DNA of 38,217 nucleotides from positions 1 through 38,217 of IMG/VR virus record IMGVR_UViG_3300008450_000141, one strand, 5' to 3'. The notes beneath the pieces are model-generated. The model ran no database searches. It saw only the letters and a program-made list of their open reading frames with translations, and was not told the DNA's origin. The translations under genes and the position numbers were made by a program. Origin of the DNA: a virus. Lineage: Duplodnaviria > Caudoviricetes. This document shows, piece after piece, positions 10,118 to 18,162 of the stretch; position 1 is the stretch's first letter; every line of letters starts with the position of its first letter.

Positions 10118-10825
10118 ATGACAATGGGAATATATAAAATTATTAATGTAGTAAACAATAAGTTTTATGTGGGAAGTGCTGTTAATTTTAGCAGACGTAA
10201 AGCTAGGCATTTTTCGGAACTGCGAAATAATAAACATAACAACAAGCACCTACAAGCTGCATGGGATAAGTATGGAGAAGCTGCATTTATATTTGCTGTT
10301 ATCAAAAACGTAGAAAATAAAGAGGAACTACTTGAAGCAGAAAATGTATGGCTACAAGAGCATGTCGGTAAAGATTACTGCTATAACATTGGAGTAACTG
10401 CATCTGCCCCTATGCTTGGAAAAGGAAAAGAATTAAGTCCTACCTGGGGTATGAAGCACACAAAAGAAAGTCTTATAAGAATAGGAAAAGCCTCAAAAGC
10501 AAGAGTACAGTCAGATGAAGAAAAGTCCAAACGCCGAGCTACAATGAAAGGGCACAAGGTATCAACGGAAACACGCTTTAAAATTAGTCAATCATTACAA
10601 GGCGAAGGAAATTATTGGTATGGTAAACAACGACCTGAGTTTGCATTAAAGGTAAGTAAACAAGTAATCGCAATAGCGCCAGATAAATCAGAAACCACAT
10701 ATGCTAGCATAACGGAATTACGCACCGCGCTAGATATGAAACCCTCAACAATCAACCGTGCATTAAAGTCAGGTAGACTGCTTACACGCGGCCCTTATAC
10801 AGGCTGGTCATTTGCTTACAAATAA
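10118..10825 (+). CDS. GIY-YIG homing endonuclease with NUMOD3-like repeats
   Basis: GIYKI...FYVGS...R...H; KHTKES, KVSTETRFKIS, NYWYGK repeats; C-terminal HTH-like segment. Confidence 0.9.
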   Translation: MTMGIYKIINVVNNKFYVGSAVNFSRRKARHFSELRNNKHNNKHLQAAWDKYGEAAFIFAVIKNVENKEELLEAENVWLQEHVGKDYCYNIGVTASAPMLGKGKELSPTWGMKHTKESLIRIGKASKARVQSDEEKSKRRATMKGHKVSTETRFKISQSLQGEGNYWYGKQRPEFALKVSKQVIAIAPDKSETTYASITELRTALDMKPSTINRALKSGRLLTRGPYTGWSFAYK

Positions 10826-10910
10826 TGATTATCCGTATTGTTTGTGTTGAATATTAAGCAGATTATTACATACAAGCAATCTTGCTTCGTACTAATTAAG
10901 GACTACTATT

Positions 10911-10982
10911 ATGTGGACAACACCAGCAGCTACAGAAATGCGTTTTGGCTTTGAAGTTACAATGTACGTAATGAACAAGTAA
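10911..10982 (+). CDS. pqqA: PQQ precursor peptide PqqA (23 aa), auxiliary metabolic gene
   Basis: Hand translation MWTTPAATEMRFGFEVTMYVMNK*; MW.xP leader and E-x-x-x-Y core; TAAGGA RBS upstream. Confidence 0.95.
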   Translation: MWTTPAATEMRFGFEVTMYVMNK

Positions 10983-10997
10983 TTGTATAATTATAAT

Positions 10998-11089
10998 AGG
11001 CGGTTAAGCCGACACTAGAGGATGTAGTAAGTAACGAGTTTTTCGGCTTTCTGCGTTACATGTAATAACTACCAAATCTACGCCTTTTC
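10998..11089 (+). ncRNA. candidate structured ncRNA with pseudoknot, family unassigned
   Basis: Nested AGGCG/CGCCT, TAGA/TCTA, GTAGT/ACTAC, GTAACG/CGTTAC plus crossing AAGCCGA/TCGGCTT; TATAAT just upstream, T-tract at the end. Confidence 0.55.
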
Positions 11090-11091
11090 TA

Positions 11092-11120
11092 TTGACATAC
11101 AAGTAAAACCCGAGTATAAA
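11092..11120 (+). promoter_or_regulatory. strong sigma70-type promoter
   Basis: TTGACA (11092-11097), 17 nt spacer, TATAAA (11115-11120). Confidence 0.75.
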
Positions 11121-11127
11121 AGCCATA

Positions 11128-11213
11128 TTACCGGGAAATTAAATCCGGCTTATTAGACTGCCCCGGCGGACGCATACAAGACTAATAGGCTTACTTTGTA
11201 TGGAGAAATTCAA
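11128..11213 (+). ncRNA. candidate pseudoknotted 5'-UTR RNA abutting the RBS
   Basis: CCGGG/CCCGG, GCTTATTAG/CTAATAGGC, CATACAA/TTGTATG; the last helix includes the first G of GGAG (11202-11205). Confidence 0.55.
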
Positions 11214-11669
11214 ATGGCTAGAACCACATTCAGCGGTCCAATTCGCGCAGGTAACATCTTTAACACAACAGGTACTACAGTAGGTACTAACATTGCTAAC
11301 GTTGGTCAAGTTGTAATGGCACAATCACAAGCAATCACACAAGCTTCAGCAGCAACCACAATCGTAATCCCAGCAAACAGCCAAATCGTAGAAATTAACG
11401 TATACGTTACAGCAGTATGGTCAGGCGTAGCTACAACATTCGGCGTAGGTACAACAGCTTTGGCCACAGCGTTTACAGCTGCAGGTGCAGTTGATGGTGC
11501 TGCTATCGGCGTACTTTCAGTTACTCCAGGTACAGATGCTACTCGTACAGGTGCTTTCATTGATGTAGGTTCAACAGACGTTAAGATTGCTGTAACATCA
11601 ACAAACACCGGTACAGGCGCTGGCGTAATCACAGTTCGTTACATTCAAGCAAACAACTTGACTGCTTAA
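11214..11669 (+). CDS. putative virion structural (capsid-associated) protein
   Basis: MARTTFSGPIRAG start after GGAG (ATG 11214, not track TTG 11196); IPANSQI..I beta-rich pattern; codon usage like the capsid gene. Confidence 0.7.
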   Translation: MARTTFSGPIRAGNIFNTTGTTVGTNIANVGQVVMAQSQAITQASAATTIVIPANSQIVEINVYVTAVWSGVATTFGVGTTALATAFTAAGAVDGAAIGVLSVTPGTDATRTGAFIDVGSTDVKIAVTSTNTGTGAGVITVRYIQANNLTA

Positions 11670-11677
11670 TTAATCTT

Positions 11678-11691
11678 GGGGCTTCGGCCCC
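11678..11691 (+). terminator. UUCG hairpin (stabiliser or weak terminator)
   Basis: GGGGC-TTCG-GCCCC, the same 14-mer as the capsid terminator core, but no U-tract. Confidence 0.55.
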
Positions 11692-11715
11692 GCTTATAAT
11701 CTAAGGAGATTAATT

Positions 11716-12192
11716 ATGGCAATGCAATATGATGTAAAATCAAAACACGCTTCCTCCAGCGGCCTTATGGTTAGTAGTAGGGCTAGAGTAAAGGGCGCAG
11801 TAATATTCCCTTTTACTGGCGCAACAGGATACATTGCGTTTGTAGATAACGTAAGCGTTACAGGCACATACGCAAGGTCAACGACAACTGCTACCATCAC
11901 AGCTGTAAATCACGGATTATCGGTTGGCGACTGGGCCTATTTAGACTGGGACTTAACTGATAACCCATACCAAGTCCAAACAGTTGCGGATGCAAATACC
12001 TTTACAGTAACGGTTGCAAATAGTGGCGGAACTAGCGGAGCAGTTGTTGTTTATAATGACGTGCTGTTACAAGCCGATGCATCTGACCCCATCCCATACA
12101 ATATTGTTGTTCCAGGTGAAGGTATTCTTGCGCATGTTGGCATTAGAGTGTTTCTTCCCGCTAATATGCATACAACACTATTTTACGGCTAG
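11716..12192 (+). CDS. putative structural protein with inserted beta domain
   Basis: TATITAVNHGLSVGD...ANTFTVT insert typical of phage virion proteins; TAAGGAG RBS. Confidence 0.6.
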   Translation: MAMQYDVKSKHASSSGLMVSSRARVKGAVIFPFTGATGYIAFVDNVSVTGTYARSTTTATITAVNHGLSVGDWAYLDWDLTDNPYQVQTVADANTFTVTVANSGGTSGAVVVYNDVLLQADASDPIPYNIVVPGEGILAHVGIRVFLPANMHTTLFYG

Positions 12193-12199
12193 GTGACAT

Positions 12200-12427
12200 A
12201 TGAGCGTAGAACGCGAGTTAGCAGTGCATGAAACTGAAATTAAACATCTACAAGCTGATATGGATAAGTTGGTCCAGGATATGGAATCCATTAAAGTAAC
12301 GCTTAATGATATTAATTCAACCCTTGCGGAAGCTCGCGGCGGTTGGAAAGTCTTAATGATGGTTGGCGGCGCTGGTGGAGCGTTAGGCGCGTTAATTACT
12401 CAGTTCTCACATAAACTATTTGGATAG
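12200..12427 (+). CDS. coiled-coil plus C-terminal hydrophobic segment (holin/XhlA-like)
   Basis: Heptad repeat followed by GGWKVLMMVGGAGGALGALI. Confidence 0.5.
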   Translation: MSVERELAVHETEIKHLQADMDKLVQDMESIKVTLNDINSTLAEARGGWKVLMMVGGAGGALGALITQFSHKLFG

Positions 12428-12435
12428 GAGTTAGT

Positions 12436-12573
12436 ATGATAATAAACGAAAATGGTTTGGGCGACAAAAAAGCGCCAGTAGCTAAAGAAGATAACGTAGA
12501 AAAACTTAAAAAAGCTAAACTTCAAAAAGACGTACCTGTTGCAGAAGTCGTAGAAGATGCCGAGCAAGAGTAA
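12436..12573 (+). CDS. 45-aa hypothetical protein (not in ORF track)
   Basis: AGGAG RBS; MIINENGLGDKKAPV...AEQE*; fills the gap and overlaps the next start. Confidence 0.6.
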   Translation: MIINENGLGDKKAPVAKEDNVEKLKKAKLQKDVPVAEVVEDAEQE

Positions 12574-12940
12574 AGCACAACGTAACTTGATGGCAGCTGC
12601 GGCTCACAACCCTAAATTCGCTAAGAAGGTAGGGGTTCCAGTCAAAGTTGCTAAAGAGTTTAATGCTGCTGATAAGGGCAAGAAGTTTAAAAAGGGCGGT
12701 GTGTCATTAGCCGTTGGCCGCGGTGAGAAATTACCCGTTGAAAAAGGTGCTGGGCTTACTGCTAAAGGTCGCGCTAAATACAATGCAGCAACAGGGTCTA
12801 ACTTAAAAGCGCCTCAGCCTGAAGGTGGTCCTCGTAAGAAATCGTTTTGTGCCCGTATGTCAGGTATGCCAGGCCCAATGAAAGACGAGAACGGCAAGCC
12901 TACACGTAAAGCAGCGTCATTAAAACGTTGGAAATGTTAA
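12557..12940 (+). CDS. small basic protein; two apparent modules joined by FKKGG
   Basis: Lys/Arg-rich; RKKSFCARM...RWKC C-terminal module. Confidence 0.7.
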   Translation: MPSKSKAQRNLMAAAAHNPKFAKKVGVPVKVAKEFNAADKGKKFKKGGVSLAVGRGEKLPVEKGAGLTAKGRAKYNAATGSNLKAPQPEGGPRKKSFCARMSGMPGPMKDENGKPTRKAASLKRWKC

Positions 12941-12952
12941 CAAGGAATTAAT

Positions 12953-13513
12953 ATGAAACACGAAGATATTAAGTTAGATAAAAAGATTGTTAAGAAAGCC
13001 GTTAGCATGCACGACAAGCAACAACACGGTGGTAAGAAGACAAACTTAAAAGCCCTTAAAAAAGGTGGTGTAGCTAAGACAGTTACCAAAGAAATGGAAT
13101 ACGATTACAAAACTGGCAAAAAATCATTTGCTGGTAGCACAGCTAAACGCGATGCTCATGCTGAAAAAGAAGGTAAACGTGTTGCTAAAGATTTGGCTTA
13201 TGATAAAGCTAAAAAATATGAAAGCGGTGGTATCGTTAAGACCCTTAAAGATATGTTTAAATCTGCTCCAGAAGCCCCTAAAGGCAAAGGTAAAGCCGTA
13301 TCAATTACTAAAGAAACGATCACTGCCTCTCCTGATGCAATCCCATCTGATATCATGGATACATTGCAAACTCGTAAAAACGAGAAAGCATTTAAAGATT
13401 ATGAGAAACGCCGTGAGTCTGGTGAAGACTACAAAAAAGGCGGTTCAGTTAAGAAATTTGCCCGTGGGGGCGGTTGTGAAGTTCGCGGCAAAACCCGCGG
13501 TCGTATTGTTTAA
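12953..13513 (+). CDS. Lys-rich protein with four xxxGG motifs
   Basis: LKKGG, YESGG, YKKGG, FARGG; C-terminus GCEVRGKTRGRIV. Confidence 0.7.
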   Translation: MKHEDIKLDKKIVKKAVSMHDKQQHGGKKTNLKALKKGGVAKTVTKEMEYDYKTGKKSFAGSTAKRDAHAEKEGKRVAKDLAYDKAKKYESGGIVKTLKDMFKSAPEAPKGKGKAVSITKETITASPDAIPSDIMDTLQTRKNEKAFKDYEKRRESGEDYKKGGSVKKFARGGGCEVRGKTRGRIV

Positions 13514-13527
13514 TTAAGGAGTATATT

Positions 13528-14058
13528 ATGGGTATGGGTTCAGGTAAAGGTAAAGCACCAGTAAAATCAGTTGGTAAAGAAAAAGCCGCTGTTAAAGCCA
13601 AAGACAAAGCAGTAGGTAAAGCAGCAGCATCAAAACCAGCAGCTAAACCAGCAGCTAAACCAGCAGGTAAAGAGATAGCAGGTTTATATTCAAAGTTTAA
13701 AGCGCAAAAAGATTCTACTAGAGCAGAAGCTAAAGCAAAAGCCGAAACTGATAGGCAAGATAAAAGAAATGCTAGAGCTAAAGCTATGTCTGACGCAGAG
13801 TCTAAAAAACACGCTGCATTGCCAGCAGGAGTACCAGCAGAAATATCAGCAAAAAAGGCAACACCAAAACCAGCACGTGGTATGGGTGCCGATAGAATTA
13901 AGGGCATCGCAGAACGCATGATGTCATCTAAAAAACCAGTAGCTGCAGCCGCATCAGGTGTAACAGCACCAGGTATGAAAAAAGGTGGTATGTGTAAGAA
14001 GTATGCTCGCGGCGGTGGTATCGAAGTTCGCGGTAAAACCAAAGGTAAATTAATCTAA
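13528..14058 (+). CDS. Lys/Ala-rich histone-H1-like protein
   Basis: KPAA tandem repeat; MKKGG, YARGG; C-terminus GIEVRGKTKGKLI paralogous to the previous gene. Confidence 0.7.
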   Translation: MGMGSGKGKAPVKSVGKEKAAVKAKDKAVGKAAASKPAAKPAAKPAGKEIAGLYSKFKAQKDSTRAEAKAKAETDRQDKRNARAKAMSDAESKKHAALPAGVPAEISAKKATPKPARGMGADRIKGIAERMMSSKKPVAAAASGVTAPGMKKGGMCKKYARGGGIEVRGKTKGKLI

Positions 14059-14363
14059 TGCGCCCGTCACGTGGTATGGGGTGTATAAACCCCGCTAAAA
14101 TGCCAGGTGATAAACCTAGGGTTATCCATCGTAAAGATGATCCTGATAAAGTTGACGTATACAAGAAGGGTGGAAAAGTAAACTTCCCTGCAAGTAAAAA
14201 TGTTAATGCTGCGGGTAACTATACAAAACCAGAATTACGGAAGCGTATAGTATCCCAAGTTAAAGCAGCAGCAACTCACGGCACTGGTGCAGGCCAATGG
14301 TCAGCTCGTAAGGCGCAGCTAGTAGCGAAGAAATATAAAGCTGCAGGTGGCGGATATAAATGA
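14058..14363 (+). CDS. small basic protein; two apparent modules joined by YKKGG
   Basis: MRPSRGMG module followed by NYTKPELRKR...GQWSARKAQ...YKAAGGGYK. Confidence 0.7.
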   Translation: MRPSRGMGCINPAKMPGDKPRVIHRKDDPDKVDVYKKGGKVNFPASKNVNAAGNYTKPELRKRIVSQVKAAATHGTGAGQWSARKAQLVAKKYKAAGGGYK

Positions 14364-14614
14364 GCGCATTAGCTAAAAGTCAGAAGTCTTTAAAAGCTTG
14401 GGGCGACCAGAAATGGACTACTAAGTCAGGCAAGAAATCGTCTGAAACAGGTGAACGTTATTTGCCAGAGAAAGCGATAAAGGCTTTGACCCCCGCAGAA
14501 TATGCAGCAACTACTAAGGCAAAACGGGCAGGTAAAGCGGCTGGTAAACAGTTTGTAGAGCAGCCCAAAAAAATTAAAGCTAAAGTAAAACCATACAGAA
14601 AAGTGGGGAAATAA
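14360..14614 (+). CDS. small basic protein
   Basis: QKSLKAW...W.TKSGK...GERYLP...KQFVEQP; ATGA overlap. Confidence 0.7.
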   Translation: MSALAKSQKSLKAWGDQKWTTKSGKKSSETGERYLPEKAIKALTPAEYAATTKAKRAGKAAGKQFVEQPKKIKAKVKPYRKVGK

Positions 14615-14616
14615 CT

Positions 14617-14748
14617 ATGTTTAGACTTGATAGTATTAACTTAATCTGCGGTTGTATGTTAGGCGTAGAGTACGAAGAACTTGAAGATACATCGTTTATA
14701 ATAGTAGACTTGTTAATATTTCAGTTTATATACGTTAAACAAAAGTGA
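14617..14748 (+). CDS. 43-aa hypothetical protein (not in ORF track)
   Basis: MFRLDSINLICGCMLGVEYEE...KQK*; TGATG overlap with next gene. Confidence 0.55.
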   Translation: MFRLDSINLICGCMLGVEYEELEDTSFIIVDLLIFQFIYVKQK

Positions 14749-15155
14749 TGGATATAGAGTGGTACCGGCAGCCTGACGGGCTTATCCCCGTATGGGCTAC
14801 TGAGTTTATGCGTTTACAGCATCATGTAGAAGCAGCCTTAAAGTATTCTCAAGGTACACATGAAGTACAGGACGTATTAGATCAGATTGCCAAAGGCGAA
14901 TTGCAATTGTGGCCAGGAAAAGACACGGTAGTAATTACGCAGATTATTACGTTCCCTAGAAAGAAAACGCTACATGTATTTCTAGCTGGTGGCAATCAAA
15001 AAGAATTAAAAGAACTTGATCCATTTGTAGTAGAATGGGCAAAGACGCAAGGATGCAGTGCACTAACCTTCACAGGTAGAATGGGATGGTCACGCAGTGA
15101 AATGAAAGAGATAGGGTTTGAGACGACCCACGTAATGATGTCAAAGGAAATATAA
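14748..15155 (+). CDS. GNAT-fold protein, paralog of 37384-37806
   Basis: QLW...VITQII.FPRKKTLHVFLAGG...WAK.QGC..L.FTGRMGWSR. Confidence 0.6.
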   Translation: MDIEWYRQPDGLIPVWATEFMRLQHHVEAALKYSQGTHEVQDVLDQIAKGELQLWPGKDTVVITQIITFPRKKTLHVFLAGGNQKELKELDPFVVEWAKTQGCSALTFTGRMGWSRSEMKEIGFETTHVMMSKEI

Positions 15156-16433
15156 ATGGGCTATGCAGCAGGTACACCAGGATCAACAGGCGTAGGTTCA
15201 TCAGAGAACGCTACAGGCCAATCGCAACAACCAGGTTTTGGCGGCAAAGGCGGCGGTGCAGGCACTGCTCCACAACAACCTTTGGCTCAACCAGAACAAT
15301 CGTCTTCAGCTCCAGTAAACAAACCAGCTCCAGTATTCGGTGGCAATACATTTGGCTATAACATGAATCGATTAGCAAGCCGGATGGACCCATCTGCTAC
15401 ATTACCACCACAACAAGTTCAAGCCCCAGCACAGCAAGCGCAACCTGCAGCACAAGGTGGCAAAGGCGGCGGTTACGGTGATTTATCCCAGTTCCCAGGC
15501 GCTCAAGAATTTTTAAGTCAGTTTGATCAACAGCAAGGTCAACAAGGTCAACAACCTATGTATGGCCAACAATCACAATACAATCAACAAGATCAACAGC
15601 AACAACCCCCTGCATACGGACAACAAGCCCAGCAAGAACAGGATAATCCGTTCGCTGCTAAACAAAGCGACTATGAAAATCAGCTAGCTGATTTGAAAGC
15701 ACAAATAGCCTCTATTAAGAGTGGTCAATTTGATACGCTAGAAGATAAAGGCGCCGAAATAAACAAGTTAGGCCCAGGTTACGATGAGTATGGGTACAAA
15801 ACCCAAGAAGAAGCCGCCGCTGAAACTGAAGCTGTTGCTGATAAAGCTGCCACTGATAAAGCTGCTGAAGAAGCTATCCCTGATTACTATACTAACAAAG
15901 CTTATAAATACGATAAGTACGCTGACTTCGCAGATGAAGACATAGCAGGATTATCAACTAAAGACCTAAAAGCTTTATACTCAGCTAAGTTAACAACAGC
16001 GAAAGCTGATGCTGCACAAGCGAAAAAAGATTACGAAGCAGCATTAAAATCAGGTGATCCTAAACGAACACAAGCGGCGTTGAAAAACTACCAAGATCAA
16101 GATGCAGAGGCTAAAGCGGTTGAAACAAATAGAAAAGCTAGAGAGACAGCAGCTAAAAATGCTGCCAATGCTGCTAAAAAAGCCGCTGATGATAAGAAAA
16201 AAGCTGATGCAGCCGCAGCCGCTAAAACTAGAGCCGATGCCGCAGCCGCTAAAAAAGCTGAAGACAAAGCTAAAGCCGATGCTAAGAAAGCCGAAGCTAA
16301 AGCTAAAGCCGATGCTAAGAAAGCCGAAGCGGATGCAAAAAAAGCTGCTAAGAAAACAACAACTAAAAAAGCTACCGGTGGCGTTATACATAATGGCATG
16401 AGTAACAACCTTAAAAAAATGTTAGGTGAATAA
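15156..16433 (+). CDS. low-complexity Q/P-rich and Ala/Lys-rich protein (putative internal virion protein)
   Basis: GGKGGG twice; poly-Q tracts; TolA/H1-like AKK repeats; KATGG near C-terminus. Confidence 0.6.
   Translation: MGYAAGTPGSTGVGSSENATGQSQQPGFGGKGGGAGTAPQQPLAQPEQSSSAPVNKPAPVFGGNTFGYNMNRLASRMDPSATLPPQQVQAPAQQAQPAAQGGKGGGYGDLSQFPGAQEFLSQFDQQQGQQGQQPMYGQQSQYNQQDQQQQPPAYGQQAQQEQDNPFAAKQSDYENQLADLKAQIASIKSGQFDTLEDKGAEINKLGPGYDEYGYKTQEEAAAETEAVADKAATDKAAEEAIPDYYTNKAYKYDKYADFADEDIAGLSTKDLKALYSAKLTTAKADAAQAKKDYEAALKSGDPKRTQAALKNYQDQDAEAKAVETNRKARETAAKNAANAAKKAADDKKKADAAAAAKTRADAAAAKKAEDKAKADAKKAEAKAKADAKKAEADAKKAAKKTTTKKATGGVIHNGMSNNLKKMLGE
16266..16330 (+). repeat. tandem repeat, 33-nt period (KAKADAKKAEA x2)
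   Basis: AAAGCTAAAGCCGATGCTAAGAAAGCCGAAGC at 16266 and 16299. Confidence 0.85.
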
Positions 16434-16436
16434 CTA

Positions 16437-17351
16437 ATGGCAACTACAGGCACCACGTCGTTTAATTTAGATTTAAATAACCTCATAGAGGAAGCGTTTG
16501 AACGCTGCGGATCTGAATTACGTACCGGTTACGATATGCGTACAGCACGTCGTAGCCTTAACTTACTTACGATTGAGTGGGCTAACCGTGGCATTAACTT
16601 ATGGACTGTAGAGCCAGGTCAAATACAACTGTATCAAGGGCAGATAATGTATGCCTTACCAACTGATACCATTGACTTGCTAGATACCGTAATTCGTACC
16701 GGCACAGGGCAAAACCAAACAGACATCAACATCACACGTATTAGTGAGTCTACCTACATTACAATTCCTAATAAGAATGCACAAGGCCGTCCAATTCAAA
16801 TTTGGATTAACCGTCAAACGGGTGCTGAAAACCCAACAACAATTACTACAGCTGAAGCGCTAGACGCTACAGAGACTACAGTTACTTTAAGTTCTACTGT
16901 AGGCTTAGCTCAATTTGGTTTTATAAAAGTTGATGCTGAAACAATTCAATATGGTGGTATTAACGGGAATGATTTAGTAGATTGCGTTCGTGGCGTAAAC
17001 AATACAACGGCTACAACTCACCTAACTGGCGCTGCTGTAATAACACAAAACTTGCCAGCTGTTAACGTATGGCCTTGTCCAGATCAAGGTGAGTACTACA
17101 CTCTAGTGTATTACCGCTTACGTCGAATTCAAGACGGTGGTACAGGCACAACAACACAAGATATACCGTTTAGATTCTTACCTGCTGTTGTTGCAGGGTT
17201 GTCATACTACTTAAGCTTAAAAATACCAGAAGCAATGAATAGAATTCAAATGTTAAAAGATGACTACGAGCAACAATTCCAACTAGCTGCCGACGAAGAC
17301 CGCGAAAAAGCCGCCATACGTTTAGCGCCTAGAATGCAGTTTATAAGGTAA
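16437..17351 (+). CDS. head-tail adaptor / tail tubular A-like protein
   Basis: LIEEAFERCG...ARRSLNLL..EWANRG...GRP...VWP.PD...P.RF...GLSYYLS pattern. Confidence 0.65.
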   Translation: MATTGTTSFNLDLNNLIEEAFERCGSELRTGYDMRTARRSLNLLTIEWANRGINLWTVEPGQIQLYQGQIMYALPTDTIDLLDTVIRTGTGQNQTDINITRISESTYITIPNKNAQGRPIQIWINRQTGAENPTTITTAEALDATETTVTLSSTVGLAQFGFIKVDAETIQYGGINGNDLVDCVRGVNNTTATTHLTGAAVITQNLPAVNVWPCPDQGEYYTLVYYRLRRIQDGGTGTTTQDIPFRFLPAVVAGLSYYLSLKIPEAMNRIQMLKDDYEQQFQLAADEDREKAAIRLAPRMQFIR

Positions 17352-17354
17352 AAT

Positions 17355-17729
17355 ATGCCTAGTAAATTTAGTTCTGGCAAGTTTGCGATATCCCAGTGTG
17401 ATCGCTGTGGATTTAGGTATAAGCTATCGCAGCTTAAACAGTTGGTTATTAAGACTAAGAATGTTAATATTCTAGTGTGTCCTACCTGTTGGGAACCTGA
17501 TCAACCGCAGTTGCAATTAGGTATGTACCCGGTCGATGACCCACAAGCAGTACGTAATCCAAGACCAGACTTAGGGTATTACCAGTCAGGTCCAGGCGGT
17601 GATAATGGTAGTAGGGTAATACAGTGGGGCTGGAACCCAGTAGGATTTAATAATCCATTTGGCTTACCTGTACCCGATTATTTAGTAGCAACAGGTGCCG
17701 TAGGTACGGTAACAGTAGAAATAACTTAG
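17355..17729 (+). CDS. Zn-finger virion-module protein
   Basis: CDRC...CPTC; C-terminal VATGAVGTVTV tag. Confidence 0.65.
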   Translation: MPSKFSSGKFAISQCDRCGFRYKLSQLKQLVIKTKNVNILVCPTCWEPDQPQLQLGMYPVDDPQAVRNPRPDLGYYQSGPGGDNGSRVIQWGWNPVGFNNPFGLPVPDYLVATGAVGTVTVEIT

Positions 17730-17739
17730 GAGTAATAAG

Positions 17740-17934
17740 ATGGCATACAAATCAGGCGCCGATGGCGTAACAAAACAAGGCAAAACAAAAGGTAAAAACC
17801 TAGGTAACGATGGTTCACATTTGCCACAAGACGGCGGTGTAGCTAAAGGCAATAAAGCTCGCACAGTTAAATCAATCGACATGAAGAAAATGGGTCGTAA
17901 CTTAGCACGTGCAGCTAATCAAAGAGGTGGCTAA
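17740..17934 (+). CDS. small basic protein
   Basis: AGGAG RBS; DGVTKQGKTKGK motif. Confidence 0.6.
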   Translation: MAYKSGADGVTKQGKTKGKNLGNDGSHLPQDGGVAKGNKARTVKSIDMKKMGRNLARAANQRGG

Positions 17935-17935
17935 T

Positions 17936-18154
17936 ATGTCAGTATACAAACAACCAGTAAACGTTCCTACACCAGATATCAGTTATAATACTGATCCAAA
18001 CAACATTAGTGCATCTGATTCTAATGGGTGTATTCCAGCACGTCGCGTAAGCGGAGGTAATCCTGCACGTAATGCCGTTAAATCAACTGGCGTTGCGCAA
18101 CGCGGTAAGGGTGCTGCTACAAAAGGTTTTACTTCACGTGGACCGTTAGCATAA
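17936..18154 (+). CDS. small basic protein
   Basis: GAGGTG RBS before ATG 17936; C-terminus RGKGAATKG...GPLA. Confidence 0.6.
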   Translation: MSVYKQPVNVPTPDISYNTDPNNISASDSNGCIPARRVSGGNPARNAVKSTGVAQRGKGAATKGFTSRGPLA

Positions 18155-18162
18155 GGTAAAGC

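Noticed and set aside
9993-10830. Group I intron hosting the GIY-YIG gene
   Set aside because: The capsid ORF is complete and followed by a terminator; no intron core elements recognised.
10998-11213. tRNA, known ribozyme or named riboswitch
   Set aside because: No cloverleaf or T-loop, no CUGAUGA/GAAA core, no recognisable aptamer consensus; left unassigned pending cmscan.
13470-17800. GxxxxGKT motifs in small basic proteins as Walker A P-loops
   Set aside because: They lie at protein termini in short disordered proteins with no NTPase fold or Walker B.
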